Source: Candidatus Omnitrophota bacterium
Lineage (GTDB): Bacteria > Omnitrophota > Gorgyraeia > Gygaellales > Profunditerraquicolaceae
Assembly: GCA_028717055.1 (NCBI GenBank)
Contig: JAQUOO010000001.1
Coordinates: 1-35,767 of the forward strand
DNA: 35,767 nucleotides
Reading direction: 5' to 3'
Of this stretch, positions 27,767-34,188 are shown in pieces. Under the pieces are notes generated by a model. It had not been told where the DNA came from, ran no database searches, and saw only the letters and a list, made by a program, of their open reading frames with translations. A program made the translations under genes and the position numbers. Each line of letters opens with the position of its first letter. Positions within the stretch are counted from its first letter, which is position 1.

Positions 27767-28251
27767 GTGCAAATTATGACGGTTGAATATACTACACAAT
27801 ATAGCGATTCTTCAAATTGGTTTAGACAGGCCAGAGAAATGTTTATTGTTTCTAAAATTCTTCGGGATGATTTTATGAACAGAAGAAAGAATCCCCCGAA
27901 GACGGAAGAAATGTTGGAATGTAGCGCGGGATTGCTTAAAGGGGCGATGTTCTTCTTAGGCTTATCGATAGAGAATGCTTTAAAAGGGTTTATATCAGAA
28001 TCGCGCCGAATGGAAGATTCCCCCGGAGTCATAATCTACGCAAATTAGCGACTTCGGCAAAGCAAAATCTTTCTCGCGAAGAACTTGTTTTATTAGATCG
28101 CCTGACGGTCTATATCAAGTGGGCAGGGAAATACCATATTCCGCTGGAGAAAGACGCTGATCAATTGAACACGTCGTTAAGGATGACTGTTCCTAATGAT
28201 TTCCGGATGGCAGAAAAATTGTTGATAGGTATGAAAGTATTTGGTGATTAA
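27767..28251 (+). pseudogene. HEPN-domain gene (classical PF05168-like) interrupted by a frameshift
   Basis: Frame A reads ...GLSIENALKGFISESRRMEDSP and stops at 28046-28048. The -1 frame continues with RSHNLRKLATSAKQNLSREELVLLDRLTVYIKWAGKYHIP...FGD and stops at 28249-28251. Together these give the HEPN pattern a-E-x-a-L-K ... H-x-L-x-x-L ... W-x-x-[RK]-Y. A C5 run at 28020-28024 is the likely indel site. Confidence 0.6.
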
Positions 28252-28336
28252 AACCAAAAAACGCTTTTGGGCGATTTCTTGAGAATTCTGTTAGATTTAT
28301 CGGTTCTGCGCGTCTATTGTTGTGGAGGCATAAACA

Positions 28337-28873
28337 ATGGACCAGCGCAAGCCAAATCGCCTAAAAGGTTACGATTATTCGCAGAATGGGTATTATTTTG
28401 TAACGATTTGCACGTATGGCAGGCAGGAATGGTTTGGGAAAATATCAAATGGGGATATGGAATTGAATACAAACGGTTGTATTGTATCCGCGTGTTGGAA
28501 TGATTTACCGAATCATTATCGGAATGTCGAATTGGATGAATTTATTGTAATGCCAAACCATGTGCATGGGATTATTGGGATTAATAATGTAGGGAACGGT
28601 TTGAAACCGTTCCCTACAACGGATCAATTAATACCATCCAAAACAAAAAACCACGGATTATCGGAAATTATCCGCGGATTAAAAACGTTTTCGTCACGGC
28701 GAATTAATGGAACAATTGAATCCGGCAATAAATTCCATTGGCAGAAATCGTTTTACGACCATATTATTCGGAATGAATTGTCGTTGAACCGCATTCGTGA
28801 ATATATTGTTAATAATCCAAGAAATTGGAACGAAGATGAGGAAAATATTTTTAAGGATAAGGGGAATTCATGA
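28337..28873 (+). CDS. IS200/IS605-type Y1 (HUH) transposase, RayT / REP-associated-like
   Basis: NRLKGYDYSQNGYYFVTICT, HUH motif MPNHVHGII, and the catalytic-Tyr region WQKSFYDHIIR. Solo gene with no tnpB. Confidence 0.75.
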   Translation: MDQRKPNRLKGYDYSQNGYYFVTICTYGRQEWFGKISNGDMELNTNGCIVSACWNDLPNHYRNVELDEFIVMPNHVHGIIGINNVGNGLKPFPTTDQLIPSKTKNHGLSEIIRGLKTFSSRRINGTIESGNKFHWQKSFYDHIIRNELSLNRIREYIVNNPRNWNEDEENIFKDKGNS

Positions 28874-28923
28874 GTGAAAATGAAATAGTCCAAAAAGTCT
28901 GGAATTACTGTATTATATTTTAG
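28870..28923 (+). pseudogene. relic copy 2 of the hsdM 5' end (first 14 codons)
   Basis: MSENEIVQKVWNYC followed by IIF and a stop. There are 3 nt differences from the live gene in 42 nt, all at synonymous third positions. Its ATG overlaps the transposase stop (ATGA). Confidence 0.8.
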
Positions 28924-28966
28924 TTGGGTCGTTACTAATGTGGTGATATAAGGGATCGAGATTAAT

Positions 28967-29746
28967 ATGGTTCAGGAAGCTGTGTGGCGATGGAATGTAA
29001 ATGATATTTGGCAGAGCTTTTCATCAATGTATCAGGAGATGGCTTTTTCTGATACAGCAACTAATACTATTGAGAGGTACCATCATTTAAGCGCGTGCCT
29101 TTTGTTTGGCGGGTGCGCTATTGAGTCTTTTTTGAATTCGAATATGAGAACTCATCTTAAGAAAAGCGAAGAATTGGAAGATAACGTGATCAAGCTGCTT
29201 CGCTATACCGCATTGCGTAAGAAGATTGAATCTTGGCCATCTGATATTTGCGGAGTCACAATCGACAAACAAGATCTAGATATCTTGCTAGAATTCCTTG
29301 ATCTCCGCAATGAAGTAACGCATAGAAAACGTAAGGATCATTCTTTATATAAAGAACTTGATGAAATATCTCCCATTAATTTTTTAGAAGCTGTGCAAAG
29401 AACATTTGTGCAGTTTTATTATGGACAGGGCAATTCTTTCCCTTATTGGTTACTTGGATGGAATTTTGTGGGGATGAATAGTGATTATACACATCCATGT
29501 TTAATGAATAACCAGCAATTTAAATATGCTTTGAATAGCATGGGGTTTAGAGTTCCCGCTAGTGACTATGGCGCTGCTAATGCATGGGAAGAAGAGAATA
29601 TGAAGGGGGTCGAAGCATTTTCCAGGTTGAAAAGAGATTATTACCTTAAAGCTCCGGATATAGAGCCGAAGAGTAAAATGTTTCACCGAGCTCCAAGATT
29701 ATGCAAGCGTTGGTGGGATAAGCAGCTTATTCTAGGGATAGATTAA
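28967..29746 (+). CDS. HEPN-domain protein with canonical R-x4-H motif
   Basis: 259 aa. GGCAIESFLNS helix and LDLRNEVTHRK (RNEVTH at nt 29306-29323), which matches the R-[NHQD]-x3-H signature of HEPN RNases. Confidence 0.55.
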   Translation: MVQEAVWRWNVNDIWQSFSSMYQEMAFSDTATNTIERYHHLSACLLFGGCAIESFLNSNMRTHLKKSEELEDNVIKLLRYTALRKKIESWPSDICGVTIDKQDLDILLEFLDLRNEVTHRKRKDHSLYKELDEISPINFLEAVQRTFVQFYYGQGNSFPYWLLGWNFVGMNSDYTHPCLMNNQQFKYALNSMGFRVPASDYGAANAWEEENMKGVEAFSRLKRDYYLKAPDIEPKSKMFHRAPRLCKRWWDKQLILGID

Positions 29747-29848
29747 TGTTTAAGAATTTCGGAGGCAAAGATACTTGAGGATACAGATGATTAATGGTTT
29801 GATAAAATTGAGCAGTTAAAAAGGCAAAACTCAAACAAAGGAGGGGCT

Positions 29849-30148
29849 GTGACTAAAGATAATAATGATTTAAAAAAGAAATTCCTTTCAGTGCTAAAAA
29901 TCATTGAAAGAATGCAGGATACAGAAACGAAAAACTTTATCAATAGAAATAATGGTGTCCCGATAGGCGTGGTCATGGGGGCAATGCACTATTTTGATAT
30001 GAAGGAGGTGCACGAAGTAGTAAGCGATATGTTGCAGTGTTTCGAGATTAAATTATCAAAATATTGCTTGACGCTTCCAAGTCCTGTTGATCAAACGAGT
30101 GAAACAGCTTTCTTGAGAACATGCGTTCTGCAAAAACGTAAAGATTGA
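29849..30148 (+). CDS. hypothetical small protein
   Basis: 99-aa ORF with a GTG start and AGGAGG 5 nt upstream. No recognisable motif. Confidence 0.4.
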   Translation: MTKDNNDLKKKFLSVLKIIERMQDTETKNFINRNNGVPIGVVMGAMHYFDMKEVHEVVSDMLQCFEIKLSKYCLTLPSPVDQTSETAFLRTCVLQKRKD

Positions 30149-30346
30149 TATCTGATTGTTATGGTAAACACGCATTAGTTGATTGGTTATCTCTAATTGT
30201 GGGTTTTTGTTTTAAAGCTGTAATTAAAACCATGGGAGGAGAAATGCTATATCAAACTTTAACATGTGGGGGCGCCCTGGCCCGACTATTAATCTTTGGG
30301 GGCAGCCAATGTTAATGATGCGCGTTAGCCAAGAAGGGCCAGAGCT

Positions 30347-30370
30347 AGGGTTCGATTCCCTTTGCCTCCA
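30347..30370 (+). other. tRNA/tmRNA 3'-end-like fragment (T-arm plus acceptor 3' strand), not an intact RNA gene
   Basis: AGGGTTCGATTCCCT (30347-30361) contains the canonical GGTTCGATTCC T-loop. It is followed by TTGCCTCC and A, with no encoded CCA. CTGGCCC (30277-30283) pairs with GGGCCAG (30336-30342) just upstream. It lies 30 nt before hsdM. Confidence 0.4.
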
Positions 30371-30399
30371 TTAATTTAGACAATTTAATAAGGATATGT

Positions 30400-31860
30400 A
30401 TGAGCGAAAATGAAATAGTCCAAAAGGTCTGGAATTACTGCGATGTTCTGCGGGATGATGGGGTCAGCTACGGCGATTATGTGGAGCAGTTGACCTATTT
30501 GCTGTTCCTGAAAATGTCCGATGAGCGGGATGAGTTGTTTCATGACAGCGAGATTCCGGCGAAGTATGACTGGAGGTCGCTTAAGAAACTGGAAGGCGAG
30601 CCGCTGGAGGGGCATTATATCACGGTGTTGCGGGAGTTGGGCAAACAGAAGGGGATTATCGGCAGGATTTTTAGCAAATCCCAGAATAAGATCCAGGATC
30701 CGGCTAAGCTGAAGCGGTTGATCAATATGATCGACGCCGAGAAATGGCTGGGGTTGGATATTGATATCAAGGGCGTGATTTATGAAGGGTTGCTGGAGAA
30801 GAATGCCCAGGATACCAAAGGCGGCGCCGGGCAGTATTTTACTCCCCGGCCTTTGATCAAGGCTATGGTGGAAGTGATGAAACCGCAATCGGGCATGAAG
30901 ATTTGCGATCCGGCTTGCGGCACCGGCGGGTTTTTGTTGAGTGCTTTTGATTATGTGATCAAGAATAATCCCGCCTTGTCCAAAGGCGGTAAGGAATTTA
31001 TGGTTAATGAGGCGTTGTATGGTGTGGATATCGTGGAATCGGTTGCCCGGTTGTGCGCAATGAATATGTATCTGCATGGAATCGGCTCCAAGCGCTGTCC
31101 GGTAGAAATGGCGGATTCTTTAGCGGCGAAAGGCAGCGAGCATTTTGACCTGGTCTTGACCAATCCGCCGTTCGGCAAGAAGAGTTCGACCACGGTTATC
31201 GCTGAAGACGGCAAGGCGGTGAAAGAAAAAGATTCCTATGAGCGCGATGATTTCTGGACCACGACTTCAAACAAGCAGCTGAATTTTGTCCAGCATATCG
31301 CCTCGATCCTGAAAGTCCACGGCCGGGCTGCGGTAGTGGTTCCGGATAACGTTTTATTTGAGGGCGGGGCAGGAGAGACGGTAAGAAGGAAGCTCCTGCA
31401 TGATTTTGACCTGCATACCATTTTGCGCCTGCCCACCGGTATTTTCTACGCCCAGGGAGTCAAGGCCAACGTGATCTTCTTCGACAAGAAGCCGGCGCAG
31501 GAAAAGCCCCGGACGTCCAAAATTTGGTTCTACGACCTGCGCACCAATAAACATTTTACCTTAAAAGAGAACACGCTAAAGTTCGAGGACCTGGCGGACT
31601 TCATTAAATGCTACAATCCGGACAACTGGGCCAAACGCAAAGAAAGCGAACGTTTTAAAGCGTATGATTATAACGAAATCCTCAAGCGCGACAAAGTAAG
31701 CCTGGACATCTTCTGGCTGAAAGACGAATCGCTGGAAGATTTAGAGAATCTGCCTGATCCTGATGAAATAGCTGAGGATATTGTGAAAGATCTAGAATCT
31801 GCGTTGGAGGAATTTAGTGGAGTATTGGAGGATTTAAAGATAAAGAAAGATAAGAAATAG
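30400..31860 (+). CDS. hsdM: Type I restriction-modification N6-adenine DNA methyltransferase subunit
   Basis: HsdM N-terminal helix MSENEIVQKVWNYCDVLRDDG. Motif I ICDPACGTGGFL and motif IV LVLTNPPFGKK. RBS AAGGA. Confidence 0.9.
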   Translation: MSENEIVQKVWNYCDVLRDDGVSYGDYVEQLTYLLFLKMSDERDELFHDSEIPAKYDWRSLKKLEGEPLEGHYITVLRELGKQKGIIGRIFSKSQNKIQDPAKLKRLINMIDAEKWLGLDIDIKGVIYEGLLEKNAQDTKGGAGQYFTPRPLIKAMVEVMKPQSGMKICDPACGTGGFLLSAFDYVIKNNPALSKGGKEFMVNEALYGVDIVESVARLCAMNMYLHGIGSKRCPVEMADSLAAKGSEHFDLVLTNPPFGKKSSTTVIAEDGKAVKEKDSYERDDFWTTTSNKQLNFVQHIASILKVHGRAAVVVPDNVLFEGGAGETVRRKLLHDFDLHTILRLPTGIFYAQGVKANVIFFDKKPAQEKPRTSKIWFYDLRTNKHFTLKENTLKFEDLADFIKCYNPDNWAKRKESERFKAYDYNEILKRDKVSLDIFWLKDESLEDLENLPDPDEIAEDIVKDLESALEEFSGVLEDLKIKKDKK

Positions 31861-31955
31861 ATCTTCGTTAGATTTTGCCTTTCCCTGCGTCTATTGAGTA
31901 GAGGCAGAAAAGAATGTTTATCTAAACAGCACTGGGAAAAGTAATTAGAAAAGAC

Positions 31956-31984
31956 TTGTAAACTATGACACCTAGTGTTATACT
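31956..31984 (+). promoter_or_regulatory. sigma70-like promoter for the downstream TA pair
   Basis: TTGTAA at 31956-31961, a 17-nt spacer containing ACAC-n3-GTGT, then TATACT at 31979-31984. Confidence 0.45.
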
Positions 31985-32001
31985 TTAGATGGAAAGGCAG
32001 T

Positions 32002-32376
32002 ATGAGGTATTTAAAGAATAACAGGTTTCAAAGAGATTTAAAAAACAATGGTTTGGATGACGAGAACTTAGAATCAGTATTAGACGATATTTTTGACGGC
32101 AGGGCAACACCGTTAGGAAGCAAGTTTTACAAGATTCGCGGGGCGAAAGAAGGGAAAGGTAAAAGAAGCGGGTTTAGAACCTTATTTTTCTGGAAAAAAG
32201 AGAAAATTATAGTTTTTTGTTTATTGTTCGCCAAGAATGAACAAGATAACTTAACTTCGGATGAAAAGAAAGTACTTAAAATTCTATCCAACGAATACGA
32301 TAAGTTGACAGATGGAGAAATTCAGCGGTTGATCAATGAGAAAACATTTACGGAGATTGGATATGTTAAGAAATAA
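32002..32376 (+). CDS. RelE/HigB-like addiction-module toxin (COG4737/DUF1044-like)
   Basis: The ATG at 32002 (RBS GGAAAGG) is preferred to the listed GTG at 31975, which lies inside the promoter. GSKFYKIRGAKEGKGKRSGFRTLFFWKKEKIIVFCLLFAKNEQDNL is characteristic of this family. Confidence 0.6.
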   Translation: MRYLKNNRFQRDLKNNGLDDENLESVLDDIFDGRATPLGSKFYKIRGAKEGKGKRSGFRTLFFWKKEKIIVFCLLFAKNEQDNLTSDEKKVLKILSNEYDKLTDGEIQRLINEKTFTEIGYVKK

Positions 32377-32686
32377 AAATAGTCATTCAAAAGTTATGGA
32401 TATGGTTGAAGAGGACCTGCATGCCATAAATAAGATCAAGGATACTTCTGAAAGCATTAGAAAGTTTAACAAGATTAGATATCTACCTCCGAAGCATTTC
32501 ACAAAAAACGATATAGTCAAAATTAGGTCAAATCTACACGTGAGCCAAGCGGTATTCGCTTTTCTTTTGAATGCCAGCGAAAGCACTGTTAAGAAATGGG
32601 AACTGGGCGCCAAGGAGCCCGGAGGCGCGAATGCCAGGTTATTGCAGATTATTGAAAAAAGGGGAGTTGAGATATTGAAAGTTTGA
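32363..32686 (+). CDS. XRE/HTH antitoxin (COG2944-like)
   Basis: C-terminal HTH LHVSQAVFAFLLNASESTVKKWELGAKEPGGANARLL. The ATG at 32363 overlaps the end of the toxin gene by 14 nt. The listed ATG at 32336 is also possible. Confidence 0.6.
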   Translation: MLRNKNSHSKVMDMVEEDLHAINKIKDTSESIRKFNKIRYLPPKHFTKNDIVKIRSNLHVSQAVFAFLLNASESTVKKWELGAKEPGGANARLLQIIEKRGVEILKV

Positions 32687-32868
32687 TGCCTTGTTTTAAC
32701 AAAAAAATAGGCCAAGCCTAAACTAAGTAATACTTTTGTTTATAGAAGTTTTTCCGAATTTAGGAGATTAATTATGAAACAATGCTATGAGCCATTATTC
32801 GAGAATTGTGTGCCTAAATAAGATTAAGTAGAAGCCTACTAATTTCTAAGAAAAGGAGATTTTATACA

Positions 32869-33615
32869 ATGGATATTCCACGCATATTCAACATTACTGA
32901 GAGTGCTCACCGCATACACAATCCGATCACAGCTGATAAGCTTGCCACTCTGGGCGCGGCGCTGCGTATGGAGCCGGGGGCCAGGATTCTTGACCTTGGC
33001 AGCGGTTCGGGGGAGATGTTGTGCACTTGGGCACGTGACTATGGTATCACCGGCATCGGTGTCGATATGAGCCAGTTGTTTACCGAGCAAGCGAAACTCC
33101 GCGCTAAAGAGCTCGGTGTTGCCGATAAAGTAAAATTCATCCATGGCGATGCCGCTGGTTATGTTTCTAATGAGAAAGTTGACGTAGCAGCCTGTGTCGG
33201 TGCCACTTGGATCGGCGGAGGAGTCAGCGGCACGATTGAACTTCTGGCGCAAAGCCTGCGTGCCGGAGGGATTATCCTTATCGGCGAGCCTTACTGGCGG
33301 CAATTACCGCCGACAGAAGATGTTGCCAAGAGGTGTCTTGCCCACTCAATCTCGGATTTTCTAATGCTTCCGGAACTTCTTGCGTCTTTCGGCAGCCTTG
33401 GTTATGACGTCGTGGAAATGATTCTGGCAGACCAAGATGGTTGGGACAGGTATGAGGCGGCTAAATGGCTCACTATGCGTCGCTGGCTGGAAGCTAATCC
33501 CGGCGACGAGCTAGCCAAAGAAGTTCGAGATCAATTGACTTCGGAACCCAAGCGCTACGCCGCTTACACGCGTGAATACCTGGGTTGGGGCGTATTTGCT
33601 TTGATGGCGCGGTGA
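32869..33615 (+). CDS. class I SAM-dependent methyltransferase
   Basis: Motif I ILDLGSGSGEMLC, then GVDMS and IHGDAAG. RBS AAAGGAG. Confidence 0.75.
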   Translation: MDIPRIFNITESAHRIHNPITADKLATLGAALRMEPGARILDLGSGSGEMLCTWARDYGITGIGVDMSQLFTEQAKLRAKELGVADKVKFIHGDAAGYVSNEKVDVAACVGATWIGGGVSGTIELLAQSLRAGGIILIGEPYWRQLPPTEDVAKRCLAHSISDFLMLPELLASFGSLGYDVVEMILADQDGWDRYEAAKWLTMRRWLEANPGDELAKEVRDQLTSEPKRYAAYTREYLGWGVFALMAR

Positions 33616-33699
33616 TTTATTGGCGGAAATAAAGAAGATGGTTATATTTTTTTAAACTAAGTGCCGCTTCTGGGACTACATTCTTCAAGGATGGTCTAA

Positions 33700-34116
33700 A
33701 TGAGCGTTTATATTTATTGCATAAAAGAAAATTATCGTTACCAGTCGTCGCTAACCGGCCATGAATTTGAGAATGACTGGTTTAAGCTGGCTCCGGATGG
33801 CATGGTGACAGTGAAGGGGTCGTATTCTAGGGGTTATGCCTGGGATGGATGCAGCCCGAAGTTCAAGATAAAAGACATCTACATAGGCGTTCCCGAGGCA
33901 GTGTTAAATTTTGGCACCGGGCAAAGCAAAACTTATTATGCTTCTTTGGTCCACGACGTATTCTATCAATTCAGTAAAAAAGTCAGGCCATTTATCAGGC
34001 GCAGGCAAGTTGACCGGGAATTCTACGCGATTCTAAAAAGAGATAATTTCAGGTTTGCCCCGCTTTATTACTTTTTCGTTCGCGCATTTGGCTGGATATG
34101 GTGGTATAGAAAATAA
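33700..34116 (+). CDS. DUF1353-like protein
   Basis: GYAWDGCSPKF ... ASLVHDVFYQ resembles the W-DG-S-P / HD-x-x-Y pattern I recall for DUF1353. Confidence 0.4.
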   Translation: MSVYIYCIKENYRYQSSLTGHEFENDWFKLAPDGMVTVKGSYSRGYAWDGCSPKFKIKDIYIGVPEAVLNFGTGQSKTYYASLVHDVFYQFSKKVRPFIRRRQVDREFYAILKRDNFRFAPLYYFFVRAFGWIWWYRK

Positions 34117-34188
34117 AGCCAAGGGGAGTTCTGTTATTTATAACAAATAAAATTCACAATCGCCTAAGAAAACTAACGAGCACAACTA

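Noticed and set aside
28308-28340. Sequence GCGTCTATTG...GAGGCA upstream of the Y1 transposase, which recurs just after hsdM (31888-31906). I considered it a possible REP-like or IS end.
   Set aside because: Exact 11-mer matches are expected many times by chance among all position pairs in 36 kb. The extended similarity is short and gapped, and neither copy forms a convincing REP-type hairpin.
28267-28503. A 78-aa ORF overlapping the start of the Y1 transposase gene in another frame.
   Set aside because: The overlapping frame encodes clear HUH transposase motifs. This ORF has none and no RBS.
29977-30370. A possible complete tmRNA gene, with GGGGGCA at 29977 able to pair with the TGCCTCC 3' end 394 nt downstream.
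   Set aside because: The conserved 5' tRNA-like-domain sequence (GGAUUCGAC-type) is not present after the putative acceptor strand. No tag ORF ending in a hydrophobic Ala-rich tail is present. The span overlaps a 99-aa ORF that has a good RBS. A 7-mer match is expected by chance in a window of this size.
30298-30370. A 73-nt segment that fits canonical tRNA spacing, with a G3:U70 acceptor stem.
   Set aside because: When laid out position by position, the D stem (CAAT/TGCG) and the anticodon stem (GTTAG/GGGCC) do not pair. U8, G18-G19 and U33 are absent. Only the T-arm and acceptor part is tRNA-like.
30385-31077. A 230-aa minus-strand ORF opposite the 5' half of hsdM.
   Set aside because: It is antisense to a gene with unambiguous methyltransferase motifs. 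Its translation has no recognisable features. I treat it as a shadow ORF.
31885-31907. A hairpin (CTGCGTCTA ttgag TAGAGGCAG) after hsdM, considered as a possible terminator.
   Set aside because: The stem has an internal mismatch and no T-tract follows, so it is not convincing as an intrinsic terminator.
32774-32821. A 15-codon sORF (MKQCYEPLFENCVPK) with an AGGAG RBS in the gap before the methyltransferase gene.
   Set aside because: It is too short to support from sequence alone, and no conservation or context evidence is available.
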